Positions 27,057 through 36,056 of a stretch of 60,173 bases of DNA are shown here, piece by piece. Source of the DNA: Acidimicrobiia bacterium (GTDB lineage: Bacteria > Actinomycetota > Acidimicrobiia > IMCC26256 > JACDBD01). Made by a program: the position numbers and the translations under genes. Numbering within the stretch: the first letter of the stretch is position 1; every line of letters starts with the position of its first letter. Below the pieces are notes generated by a model that was given only the letters and a program-made list of their open reading frames with translations, did no database searches and was not told the DNA's origin. Where the stretch lies: positions 1-60,173 of the forward strand of contig DASYFC010000026.1 of assembly GCA_036498645.1 (NCBI GenBank), read 5' to 3'.

Positions 27057-27107
27057 GGCGGCTTTGCCGACCGTCGCCGCAGGAGCCGGAGCTTGCGACG
27101 GCGACAG
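27057..27107 (+). repeat. intergenic hairpin repeat, copy B
   Basis: GGCGGCTTTGCCGACCGTCGCCGCAGGAGCCGGAGCTTGCGACGGCGACAG starts 2 nt after the coaD stop. An 11-of-12-bp stem (27072-27083/27092-27103) carries the loop AGCCGGAG. The SD and ATG of the next gene follow directly. Confidence 0.6.
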
Positions 27108-27116
27108 AGGAATGAA

Positions 27117-27710
27117 ATGAGCGACCAGGCCGCGTACGACGTCGAGAGCATCCTCCTGCGCCTCAAGGAGCTGGTCGAGGCGGGCCGATCGATGCCGATG
27201 TCGGCGTCGGTGCTCGTCAACCGCGAGGAGTTCCTCGAGCTGCTCGAGGAGTCGATCGCGACGCTGCCGCAGGAGCTGCGCCACTCGCGATGGTTGCTCA
27301 AGGAGCGGGAGGAGTTCCTCAGCCAAGCTCGTCGCGAGGCCGACGACATCATCGAGGCAGGGCGCGTCCGCGCCGAGCGCATGGTTGATCGCACCGAGGT
27401 GGTGCGCGAGGCCCGCCGCGTCGCACAGTCCGTGGTCGACGACGCCGAGGCGTCGGGCCGCCAGCTCCGCCACGAGGCCGAGGACTACGTCGACCAGAAG
27501 CTCGCCGCCTTCGAGGTCGTGCTGGAGCGGACGATGCACTCGGTCCAGAAGGGCCGCGAGCGCCTGCAGGTCGTCATCGAGCCCGAGCCCGGCGCTGAGC
27601 CCGACGACGAATCCGACTCCGACTACGAGCCGGAGATGGAGGAGCTGCCGGTCTCGATCGAGGTCGAGGCGGACCTGGAGGACACCTTCTTCGACCAGGA
27701 CGCCCGATAA
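27117..27710 (+). CDS. coiled-coil protein of unknown function (acidic C-terminal tail)
   Basis: ATG 27117 is in frame within ORF 27093..27710. The sequence is heptad-rich (REEFLSQARREADDIIEAGRVRAERMV...), and third positions are G/C-rich. Confidence 0.7.
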   Translation: MSDQAAYDVESILLRLKELVEAGRSMPMSASVLVNREEFLELLEESIATLPQELRHSRWLLKEREEFLSQARREADDIIEAGRVRAERMVDRTEVVREARRVAQSVVDDAEASGRQLRHEAEDYVDQKLAAFEVVLERTMHSVQKGRERLQVVIEPEPGAEPDDESDSDYEPEMEELPVSIEVEADLEDTFFDQDAR

Positions 27711-27829
27711 CGCCCGTTTCGCCCATCTGACAGATCCTGGAAAACGGGGCCGCCTGGTAACCTGGTGCGGCTTCGACGTCCTGCGGGGCGACGCCGGGCC
27801 GCAGTTCTTCCTCTCTGCCCCTCGCCACA

Positions 27830-28321
27830 ATGACGGCCCACAACCCGGCGCTACGCATCGACGTCGCCGACCTGCTGACCCACCCGGCTGCCCGCCGTGC
27901 CGTGCACCTCGAGGCGCCGGTGGAGTCCCTGGCCGGGTCGGCGGCCCGCGTCCCCGACGACGAGCCGGTCGTGCTCGATCTGGTGCTCGAGCGCGTCTCC
28001 GACGGGGTGGTCGTGCGGGGGACGGTCCGAGCCGTGTGGCGGAGCACCTGCGGCGTGTGCCTGACCGACCTGGAGCACACGCTCACGCCGGAGGTCGGCG
28101 AGCTGTTCGAGCCCGAGCCGGTCGAGGGCGACACGTACCCGCTCGAGGGCCACGTGATCGACCTCGAGCAGCTCGTGCGGGACGTCGTGCTCCTCGAGCT
28201 GCCGCTCGCCCCGACGTGCGAGACGACCGGTCGTGCTCCCTGCGCGCCGGACGCCGTCACCGAAGAGCCACCGCCGCCGGACCCGCGCTGGTCGGCGTTG
28301 TCCGAACTCGACCTGAGCTGA
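27830..28321 (+). CDS. yceD: YceD/DUF177 family protein (large-subunit rRNA accumulation protein)
   Basis: 163-aa ORF directly upstream of rpmF, the conserved pairing. It has a CxxC...acidic C-terminus pattern. Confidence 0.85.
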   Translation: MTAHNPALRIDVADLLTHPAARRAVHLEAPVESLAGSAARVPDDEPVVLDLVLERVSDGVVVRGTVRAVWRSTCGVCLTDLEHTLTPEVGELFEPEPVEGDTYPLEGHVIDLEQLVRDVVLLELPLAPTCETTGRAPCAPDAVTEEPPPPDPRWSALSELDLS

Positions 28322-28337
28322 GACGGAAAGGCGACCC

Positions 28338-28517
28338 ATGGCCGTACCCAAGCGCAAGACCCCCCGGGCGAAGACCCGCAGCCGGCGCGCCGCGAACTGG
28401 CGCCTGGAGGCGCCGCCTCGATCGCTGTGTCCGAACTGCGGGGCCGTGAAGCGGCCGCACGTCGTGTGCGACAACTGCGGCTGGTACCGCGACCGCCAGG
28501 TCATCGAGGTCGACTAG
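28338..28517 (+). CDS. rpmF: 50S ribosomal protein L32
   Basis: Hand-translated, since the ORF is too short for the track: MAVPKRKTPRAKTRSRRAANWRLEAPPRSLCPNCGAVKRPHVVCDNCGWYRDRQVIEVD*. An SD (GGAAAGG) lies upstream. Confidence 0.9.
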   Translation: MAVPKRKTPRAKTRSRRAANWRLEAPPRSLCPNCGAVKRPHVVCDNCGWYRDRQVIEVD

Positions 28518-28522
28518 GGCAC

Positions 28523-29524
28523 GTGGGCACGCAGCGCATCACCGTCGCGGTCGACGCCATGGGCGGCGACAAGGCTCCGGGCGAGATCGTCCGCGGCGCG
28601 CTCGACGCCGTCTCCGAGCTCGGCGTCGACGTGCTGCTCGTCGGGCAGGAGGACGCGATCGAGCCGTTGCTTCCCGGCGGCCGTTCCTCCGGCATCGACG
28701 TCGAGCATGCCGGCGAGGTCGTGGGCATGGACGAGGACCCGGCGGCCGCGGCCAGGCGCAAGAAGGACTCGTCGCTCGTCCGTTGCGCCCAGTCCGTGCG
28801 CGAGGGGCGTGCCCAGGCCATGGTCGGCGCCGGCAACACGGGTGCGACGATGGCCGCGGCGCTGCTGCGCATGGGTCGGGTGCGCGGCATCCCGCGTCCC
28901 GCGATCGCGGTGCCGATCCCGGTGCCGGCGGGCACCCGCCACCAGCTGCTCATCGACGGCGGGTCGACGGTCGACTGCACCCCGGAATGGCTCGCCCACT
29001 TCGCTCGCATGGGGCGCGAATACGCGCGCACCCGTCTCGCCGTGGACGAGCCCACCGTCGGCCTCCTCTCGAACGGCGAGGAGCCCGGGAAGGGAGACGA
29101 GCTCCGGAAGCGCACGTTCTCGCTGCTCGAGAAGGTGCCGGGTTTCCACGGCAACGTCGAGGGCCGTGACCTCATGCACGGAACGGTCGACGTCGTCGTG
29201 ACCGACGGTTTCACCGGCAACGTCGTGCTCAAGACGCTCGAGGGCGCGCTGCGCGCCGCGGTCGAGCTCGTCTTCGGCGTGCTCGACTCGACGCCCGAGG
29301 CGAAGGAGGCGGGCAAGGTCGTCGCTCCGCTGCTGCTCGAGGCGGCGGCCGTGTTCGATCCCGACCGGACCGGCGGCGCGGTGCTCCTCGGCGTCGACGG
29401 TGTGTGCGTCATCTCGCACGGCTCCTCGTCGGCGCGCGCGATCGTCAACGCGGTTCGGGTCGCGCAGGAATGCGTCGAGTCCGGCGTGGTGGGGCGGCTC
29501 AAGGAGTCCGTCGATGCCGGCTGA
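28523..29524 (+). CDS. plsX: phosphate acyltransferase PlsX
   Basis: GTG 28523 gives ITVAVDAMGGDKAP, with GNTGA and DGFTGNVVLK also present. Confidence 0.9.
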   Translation: MGTQRITVAVDAMGGDKAPGEIVRGALDAVSELGVDVLLVGQEDAIEPLLPGGRSSGIDVEHAGEVVGMDEDPAAAARRKKDSSLVRCAQSVREGRAQAMVGAGNTGATMAAALLRMGRVRGIPRPAIAVPIPVPAGTRHQLLIDGGSTVDCTPEWLAHFARMGREYARTRLAVDEPTVGLLSNGEEPGKGDELRKRTFSLLEKVPGFHGNVEGRDLMHGTVDVVVTDGFTGNVVLKTLEGALRAAVELVFGVLDSTPEAKEAGKVVAPLLLEAAAVFDPDRTGGAVLLGVDGVCVISHGSSSARAIVNAVRVAQECVESGVVGRLKESVDAG

Positions 29525-29807
29525 GACCCACGTCGCGCAGGGCCCCATCGGCCCGGACGAGGTGTACCGGATCCTGCGCGAGCGGCTGGCCGAGATCCTC
29601 GAGATCGACGAGGACCGCATCAAGCTCGAATCGAGCTTCACCGAGGACCTCGACGCCGACTCCCTCGCGCTCATCGAGCTCGTCGAAGCGCTCGAGGAAG
29701 AGCTCGGCGAGCGAACCGTCGGGTTCAGCATCGACGACGAGGACCTCGGCGACTTGCGCACCGTGCAAGAGGCGGTCGACTACGTCGTCGTCCGGCTGGG
29801 GACTTGA
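29514..29807 (+). CDS. acpP: acyl carrier protein
   Basis: ATG 29514 overlaps the plsX end by 11 nt. The phosphopantetheine site DLDADSLALIELV is present; 97 aa. Confidence 0.85.
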   Translation: MPAETHVAQGPIGPDEVYRILRERLAEILEIDEDRIKLESSFTEDLDADSLALIELVEALEEELGERTVGFSIDDEDLGDLRTVQEAVDYVVVRLGT

Positions 29808-30604
29808 CGGTGCGCACCGGACGTCGTCGGAGAAGGAAGGACGCCAGGTCGCGCGGTCTGGACGCCGTGCTCGGGTTCAAGTTCCGCGACCCCGAGCTGA
29901 TGGAGCGGGCGCTCGCGCACCGCTCGTACTGCGCCGAGCATCCCGACACGTCTTCGAACGAGCGCCTCGAGTTCCTCGGTGACGCGGTGCTCGGGCTGAT
30001 CGTCACCGACTACATGGTCGCCGAGTACCCCGACATGCCGGAAGGCGAGCTGGCCAAGCTGCGCGCCTCGGTCGTCAACAGTGAGGTGCTCGCCGAGGTC
30101 GCCCGCGAAGCGCAGCTGGGCGGGCTGCTGCTGCTCGGCAAGGGCGAGGAGGCGACGGGCGGACGCGACAAGCCGTCGATCCTCGCCGACGCCATGGAGG
30201 CCGTGATCGCCGCCGTCTACCTCGACGGTGGATGGGACGCCGCCCGCAAGCTCGTGTTGCGGCTGCTCGAGTCGCGCATCATCGAGGGCGCGGCCGGCCC
30301 CGGCGGGCACGACTACAAGACCCGGCTGCAGGAGCTGGCGACGCAGACGTTCGACCAGCTCCCGCGCTACCAGGTGCGCCACGAAGGGCCCGACCACTCG
30401 AAGCGCTTCTTCGCCACCGTGATGCTGCGCGGGGAGCCGTGGGGAACGGGTGAGGGCCGATCGAAAAAGCACGCGGAGCAAGCGGCGGCACGCGTCGCCT
30501 GGCGTTACCTCCGCGAGATCGCGGACCCGGGCAATGACGGGCACGCGGTCACGACAGGGGCCGAAGCGTCCCGACCGGAGGGAGACGATGCCGGAGTTGC
30601 CTGA
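29804..30604 (+). CDS. rnc: ribonuclease III
   Basis: The signature NERLEFLGDAVL, a dsRBD C-terminus (DYKTRLQE...GPDHSKRF...GEGRSKKHAEQAAA) and a start at TTG 29804 (or GTG 29810) are present. Confidence 0.9.
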   Translation: MTVRTGRRRRRKDARSRGLDAVLGFKFRDPELMERALAHRSYCAEHPDTSSNERLEFLGDAVLGLIVTDYMVAEYPDMPEGELAKLRASVVNSEVLAEVAREAQLGGLLLLGKGEEATGGRDKPSILADAMEAVIAAVYLDGGWDAARKLVLRLLESRIIEGAAGPGGHDYKTRLQELATQTFDQLPRYQVRHEGPDHSKRFFATVMLRGEPWGTGEGRSKKHAEQAAARVAWRYLREIADPGNDGHAVTTGAEASRPEGDDAGVA

Positions 30605-31427
30605 GGTCGAAGTCGTTCGCCGCGACCTCGAACGCGAGATCGTGGGGAAGCGCGTCAAGGCGGTGGACGCCGACGGCATGCGGTCGATCCGCCGGCATCA
30701 CAACCGGAAGCAGTTCGCGAACCGGCTCGTCGGCAAGAAGATCACCGGGATCGAACGGCGCGGCAAGTACATCCTGGCGAGGCTCGACGGGGGCGACGTC
30801 CTCGTGATCCACCTCGGGATGTCCGGACAGCTCATTCGGGCCAAGGGAACGCGCGAGACGACCGCGAAGCACACGCACGTCGTGATCACGTTCACCCAGG
30901 GCGGTCAGCTTCGCTTCATCGACCCGCGCACGTTCGGCGAGATGTTCGTCACCGAGCTCGACGGCGTCGAGAAGGAGGTGGCGGAGCTCTCCCACCTCGG
31001 CATCGACCCGCTCGAGGACGCCATGTCGTGGGACAACTTCGGTCGCCTGGTCGCGTCGAAGCACATGAAGCTCAAGAGCCTGCTGATGGACCAGAAGTTC
31101 CTCGCCGGCATCGGCAACATCTACAGCGACGAGATCCTCTTCGGCGCCGGACTGCGTTGGGACCGCATGAGCGATTCGCTCTCGGGCGAGGAGATCCGCC
31201 GGCTGTATCGGTCAATGGTCGAGACGTTGCAGGACGCGGTCAAGTACCGCGGCTCCTCGCTGGCCGACGAGCAGTACGTCGACCTCAACGGGAAGCCGGG
31301 CGAGTACCAGCTGCACCACAAGGTGTACGCCCGCGAGGGCGAGGCGTGCCGGCGCTGCCGCCAGCCGATCGTGCGCCAGCGCATCGGTGGGCGGTCGACG
31401 TTCTTCTGCGAGGCGTGTCAGGTCTGA
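30588..31427 (+). CDS. mutM: formamidopyrimidine-DNA glycosylase
   Basis: The N-terminus is MPELPEVE, H2TH is present, and the C-terminal zinc finger is CRRCRQPI...GRSTFFCEACQ. Confidence 0.92.
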   Translation: MPELPEVEVVRRDLEREIVGKRVKAVDADGMRSIRRHHNRKQFANRLVGKKITGIERRGKYILARLDGGDVLVIHLGMSGQLIRAKGTRETTAKHTHVVITFTQGGQLRFIDPRTFGEMFVTELDGVEKEVAELSHLGIDPLEDAMSWDNFGRLVASKHMKLKSLLMDQKFLAGIGNIYSDEILFGAGLRWDRMSDSLSGEEIRRLYRSMVETLQDAVKYRGSSLADEQYVDLNGKPGEYQLHHKVYAREGEACRRCRQPIVRQRIGGRSTFFCEACQV

Positions 31428-31433
31428 CGGACC

Positions 31434-31712
31434 GTGGCCGCTGATCGGGTCCGGCGCCGCGTCTCGGTCGCCGGGCGGGTGCAGGGGGTGTGGTTCCGGG
31501 AGTCGTGCCGCGACCAGGCGCAGGCGGCCGGCGTCGCGGGCTGGGTCCGCAATCTTGGCGACGGCCAGGTCGAGGTCGTGCTCGAGGGGTCTCCGGGCGC
31601 CGTCGACGAGGTCCTCGCGTGGTGCCGTCGAGGGCCGCGGCGGGCCCGGGTCGACCGCGTCGACGTGGTCGACGAGGCGCCGGTCGGCGAGCAGGGGTTT
31701 CGTGTGCGGTAG
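31434..31712 (+). CDS. acyP: acylphosphatase
   Basis: GRVQGVWFRESCRDQA...GWVRNLGDGQVE is the acylphosphatase signature. Confidence 0.85.
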   Translation: MAADRVRRRVSVAGRVQGVWFRESCRDQAQAAGVAGWVRNLGDGQVEVVLEGSPGAVDEVLAWCRRGPRRARVDRVDVVDEAPVGEQGFRVR

Positions 31713-31760
31713 GGCGCGATTTTTCACGGAAGCGTCCCCGACGAGCGCGATCCTCGTGGG

Positions 31761-31766
31761 TACGAT
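31761..31766 (+). promoter_or_regulatory. putative -10 hexamer TACGAT upstream of smc
   Basis: This is the second occurrence of GGTACGATCC (31759-31768), 39 nt before the smc GTG, which has its own AAGGAG SD. Confidence 0.3.
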
Positions 31767-31805
31767 CCGACGGCTGCCTGAGTTCCGCGAAGGAGAACCT
31801 CCCGG

Positions 31806-34800
31806 GTGTTCCTCAAGTCCCTGACCCTGCGGGGCTTCAAGTCATTCGCCGACAAGACCGTGCTCGAGTTCGAGCCCGGCGTCACCGTCGTCGTGGGGCC
31901 GAACGGCTCGGGCAAGTCGAACCTCGTCGACGCGGTGGCCTGGGTGCTCGGCGCGCAAGGTCCGCGCACATTGCGCGGTGGTCGCATGGACGACGTCATC
32001 TTCGCCGGGACGCCGGAGCGGTCGGCACTCGGACGGTCCGAGGTGTCGCTCACCATCGACAACAGCGCCCGGCTGCTGCCGATCGAGTTCACGGAAGTGA
32101 CGATCACGCGGACCCTGTTCCGCGACGGGGAATCCGAATACCAGCTCAACGGGGTCACGTGCCGGCTGCTCGACATCCAGGAGCTGCTGTCCGACACGGG
32201 GATCGGCCGCCAGCAGCACGTCATCGTCGGCCAGGGTCAGCTCGACGAGGTGCTGACCGCTCAACCCGGCGATCGTCGGGCCGTCATCGAGGAAGCCGCC
32301 GGCGTGCTCAAGTTCCGCAAGCGCCGGGAGCGGGCCGAGCGACGGCTCGAGGCCACCGAGGGCAACCTCCTCCGCCTCAACGACCTCGTGCGCGAGGTCG
32401 GCCGCCAGCTCCGGCCCCTCGAGAAGCAGGCCGACGCCGCCCGCCGGTACGGCGGCGTCGAAGCGGAGCTGCGCGCGATCCGTCTCTACCTCGCCGGCCA
32501 CGAGATCGCCGGGCGCCAGGCCCGCCTGGAGCGCCTGCACGACGCCCGCGACGAGAACGCGGAGAAGGAGCGGCTCGTGCGGGCGCGATTGCGCGAGCTC
32601 GATCGCAACGTGCTCGAGATCGAGCACTCGCTCACCGCCCTCGGCCACGACGATGCCGCCGAAGCCCTCGTGCGGGCCGAGACGATGCGGGAGCGGGGGC
32701 GTGGGCTGCGCGCCCTGCTGGCCGAGAAGCAGCGCGGCCTCGAGCGCGAGCTCACCGCCGCCGCCGACGAGGGCGTGATCGAGACGCTCGTCGCCGACGC
32801 CGACGCGCTGCGACGCGAGCTCGCCGAGGTCGACGACGAGTCGTCGGCGCTCGAGCCGAAGCTCGCCGAGGTCGAAGCGGCCGAGCAGGAGCTGGCGGCT
32901 GAGCGCGCGGCGCAGACCGATGACGAGGGGGACGGAAGCGGGAGCGTGCCCGTGGCCGAGGCCCAGCTCGCCGAGGCCGACGAGCACTGGCGCGAGGCCG
33001 AAGCAGAAGCGGCGCGCCGGCGCGCCCGCGTCGACGCGCTCGACATGGCGCTGGGCGAAGCGCGCGCCGGGACCGGCGCCGAGCTGCTCGCCGACCTGGA
33101 CGGCGCCGCCGGACCGCTCGCCGACCACGTCGAGATCGACCCCGGTACCGAAGCGGCGGTCGCAGCGGGCCTCGGCGACGCGCTCCAAGCAGTCGTGCTC
33201 GACGGCGGTGACACCGCGCGACGCGCACTCGAGCGCGTCAAGGGCGGTGACTCGCGCGCGCTCGTTGTCATCGCCGAAGCCTTCCCGGCCGGTGGGCGCG
33301 CCCCGTCGGCCGCGCCGGCCGGCGCGCGCCCGCTCGTCGAGTGCGCGCGCGCCCGCCGTCCCGGCCTCGACGCGGTGCTCGAGCGGCTCCTCGCCGGCAT
33401 CGTGCTGGTGGAGGGCGGATGGCGGGCTGCCCTCGACACCGTGCTCGCGCATCCCGACGTGGTTGTCGTCACGACCGACGGCGACCGGCTCGGCGGTACG
33501 GCTCCGTGGCGCCTCGGAGGCGGGACGGCGCCGGCGGTTACTCAGGCCGCGCTCGAAGCCGCCGCCGCCGAAGCCGCGGCCGCCGAGACCGCGCGCGCCG
33601 CCGCGCAGACTGCTCGCGCCGAAGCGGTCGCGCGCCTCGATGCCGCCCGCGCTCGCCGCCGCGACGCGCAGGCGGAGCGCGACGTCGCCATCGCCGAGCT
33701 CGATCGGCGTGCGACCGATGTCGCCGCGATGCGCCGTGACCTCGAGGTCCGCGTCGCCACGCTCGCCGAGCGGTGGGCCGTGTTGACCCGACGGCTCGAA
33801 GGCGTCGACGCCCGGCTTTCGAGCCGCGATGCGGCCGAGCACGCCGAAGCCCAACAGCGGCGATCAGCGCTCGCCGGCCGGCAGCACGCATACCGGGAGG
33901 TCGAGCAGCGCCTGACCTCGTTGCTGACCCAGGTCGAGGCGATCCACGACCGGCTGCGTGAGCGGAGGCGGCGCCAGTCGGAGGCTGCGCGGTCGTCGGG
34001 CGAGCGCCTCGACGCCCTGCGGGCGGAACGGGCCGCGCTCGAGCAGGAGAGCGCCGAGACCCGCGAGAAGCTCAACCGGGCCGAGATCGACGAGGCCGAG
34101 ACGCGCATGCGGCTCGACAACGCGATCGAGAAGCTCCGGACCGACTTCGACTGCGAGCCGGCGGTCGCCCTCGACGCGCCCCAGCCCGAGGTCCCCGAGG
34201 GCACGACGCTGGCCGGCCGCGCGCGTGAGCTCGAACGCGAGCTGCGGCTGCTCGGCCCGATCAACCCGTTGGCGCTCCAGGAGCACGACGCCCTGGCCGA
34301 ACGCCACACGTTCCTCCAGCAACAGCTGGACGACGTGAAGGAGAGCCGCCGCGAGCTCATGCGCGTGATCCGGGCCGTCGACCGCGAGATCGTGAGCGTG
34401 TTCCAGACCGCGTTCGAAGACGTGAGCGAGCATTTCTCCGCGCTGTTCGCGACGCTGTTCCCCGGCGGCGCGGGTCGGGTCTTCCTGACGGAGCCCGACG
34501 ACGTGCTGAACACCGGGATCGAGATCGAAGCGCGCCCCTCGGGCAAGAACGTGCGTCGACTGTCGCTGCTGTCCGGCGGCGAGCGTTCGCTCACCGCGCT
34601 GGCGTTCCTGTTCGCGGTGTTCCGCGCCCGCCCGTCGCCCTTCTATCTGCTCGACGAGGTCGAGGCCGCGCTCGACGACGTCAACCTCCATCGCTTCCTC
34701 GACCTCGTCGACGAGTTCCGCAACGAGGCGCAGCTGGTCATCGTCACGCACCAGAAGCGCACGATGGAGGCGGGCGACCTTCTCTACGGGGTCTCGATGC

Positions 34801-34877
34801 CGCCCGGCGGTTCCAGCCGGGTCGTCAGCCAGCGGGTGGAGGACGCCATGCGGAACGCGGAGCCGGCGCCCGCCTGA
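31806..34877 (+). CDS. smc: chromosome segregation protein SMC
   Basis: N-terminus FLKSLTLRGFKSFADKT...GPNGSGKSN, a hinge (GPLADHVEIDPGTEAAVAAGLGDALQAVVL), the signature LSGGERSLTALAFLFA and Walker B FYLLDEVEAALD are present. At 1023 aa it is shorter than many SMCs. Confidence 0.95.
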   Translation: MFLKSLTLRGFKSFADKTVLEFEPGVTVVVGPNGSGKSNLVDAVAWVLGAQGPRTLRGGRMDDVIFAGTPERSALGRSEVSLTIDNSARLLPIEFTEVTITRTLFRDGESEYQLNGVTCRLLDIQELLSDTGIGRQQHVIVGQGQLDEVLTAQPGDRRAVIEEAAGVLKFRKRRERAERRLEATEGNLLRLNDLVREVGRQLRPLEKQADAARRYGGVEAELRAIRLYLAGHEIAGRQARLERLHDARDENAEKERLVRARLRELDRNVLEIEHSLTALGHDDAAEALVRAETMRERGRGLRALLAEKQRGLERELTAAADEGVIETLVADADALRRELAEVDDESSALEPKLAEVEAAEQELAAERAAQTDDEGDGSGSVPVAEAQLAEADEHWREAEAEAARRRARVDALDMALGEARAGTGAELLADLDGAAGPLADHVEIDPGTEAAVAAGLGDALQAVVLDGGDTARRALERVKGGDSRALVVIAEAFPAGGRAPSAAPAGARPLVECARARRPGLDAVLERLLAGIVLVEGGWRAALDTVLAHPDVVVVTTDGDRLGGTAPWRLGGGTAPAVTQAALEAAAAEAAAAETARAAAQTARAEAVARLDAARARRRDAQAERDVAIAELDRRATDVAAMRRDLEVRVATLAERWAVLTRRLEGVDARLSSRDAAEHAEAQQRRSALAGRQHAYREVEQRLTSLLTQVEAIHDRLRERRRRQSEAARSSGERLDALRAERAALEQESAETREKLNRAEIDEAETRMRLDNAIEKLRTDFDCEPAVALDAPQPEVPEGTTLAGRARELERELRLLGPINPLALQEHDALAERHTFLQQQLDDVKESRRELMRVIRAVDREIVSVFQTAFEDVSEHFSALFATLFPGGAGRVFLTEPDDVLNTGIEIEARPSGKNVRRLSLLSGGERSLTALAFLFAVFRARPSPFYLLDEVEAALDDVNLHRFLDLVDEFRNEAQLVIVTHQKRTMEAGDLLYGVSMPPGGSSRVVSQRVEDAMRNAEPAPA

Positions 34878-34938
34878 CCCGACCGATCGGTGACGCCGGG
34901 CCGATTCGGTGGCCGGGCCGGCGGTAGCTTCGGCGGAC

Positions 34939-36018
34939 ATGTCTGCTTTCGCGCTGCTGCCGGCGGCGGCGTCCGTGCACTTCCAGGCGAGTCCCGAGAC
35001 CAACGTGTGCGGGCCACGCGGCGAGCGGTCGTGGCTCTGCTCGACGGTGTTCCGGGTGAGCGACAACGAGCGCGCGGCCCAGATCGCCGACGCCTTCGCC
35101 AAGCCGGTGCGCGTCGTGCTCATCCTGCTCGTCGCCTGGCTCGTGACCCACCTCGTGGGTCGAATCATTCGTCGCATCCTGGCTACGCCGCCCAAGCGAA
35201 AGGCCAAGGACGACAAGCCGAAGAAGTCGCCGTTCGGGTTCATCGACACCGGCGGGGCGATCAGCGCGCGCCGCGCGCAGCGGGCGAAGACGATGGCCGA
35301 CGTGCTGGGAAGGCTCGCCAACGCGGTCATCTGGGGCATCGCGGTGTTGGTCGTGCTGAGCGAGCTCGGGATCAACCTCGCGCCGCTGATCGCCGGCGCC
35401 GGCGTGCTCGGGATCGCGCTGGGCTTCGGCGCCCAGACCCTCGTCCGCGACTTCCTGTCGGGGTTCTTCATGCTCGTCGAGGACCAGTACGGCGTGGGCG
35501 ACGTCATCGACGTGGGCGGAACCGTCGGGGGCACGGCCGGTGGAGTCAGCGGCACCGTCGAAGGCGTGAGCCTGCGAACCACCCGCCTGCGCGACGTCGA
35601 GGGCGTCGTCTGGCACGTCCCCAACGGCGAGATCAAACGGGTGGGGAACAAGTCGCAGCAGTGGTCGCGCGCGTTGCTCGACATCGAGGTCGACCGCGAC
35701 ACCGATGCCGCCAGTGCCATCCGGGTGATCAAGGAGACCGCCGACGCCATGTGGCGCGAAGAAGGCTGGCGTGACGCGATCCTCACGGAGCCCGACGTCT
35801 GGGGGATCGAGGAGCTCGGCGCCCAGAGCATGAAGCTCCGCCTCGTCGTCCAGACCCTTCCGCTCGAGCAGTGGCGTGTCGCGCGGGAGCTCCGGGCGCG
35901 CATCAAGGCGGCTCTCGACGAGGCCGGGATCGAGACGCCACACGACACGATCACGTACCGCCGCGGCGATCCGCCGCCGCCCGTCGCCGAGGAAGGCCCG
36001 GCCGGGGGCGACCGGTAG
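34939..36018 (+). CDS. mechanosensitive ion channel (MscS) family protein
   Basis: LAPLIAGAGVLGIALGFGAQTLVRDFLSGFFMLVEDQYGVGDVI is the MscS TM3/beta-domain motif. ATG 34939 was chosen; GTG 34909 is an alternative. Confidence 0.85.
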   Translation: MSAFALLPAAASVHFQASPETNVCGPRGERSWLCSTVFRVSDNERAAQIADAFAKPVRVVLILLVAWLVTHLVGRIIRRILATPPKRKAKDDKPKKSPFGFIDTGGAISARRAQRAKTMADVLGRLANAVIWGIAVLVVLSELGINLAPLIAGAGVLGIALGFGAQTLVRDFLSGFFMLVEDQYGVGDVIDVGGTVGGTAGGVSGTVEGVSLRTTRLRDVEGVVWHVPNGEIKRVGNKSQQWSRALLDIEVDRDTDAASAIRVIKETADAMWREEGWRDAILTEPDVWGIEELGAQSMKLRLVVQTLPLEQWRVARELRARIKAALDEAGIETPHDTITYRRGDPPPPVAEEGPAGGDR

Positions 36019-36056
36019 GCTCCGCCGGCTAACTGGCCCCGACGAACGCGACTGCC

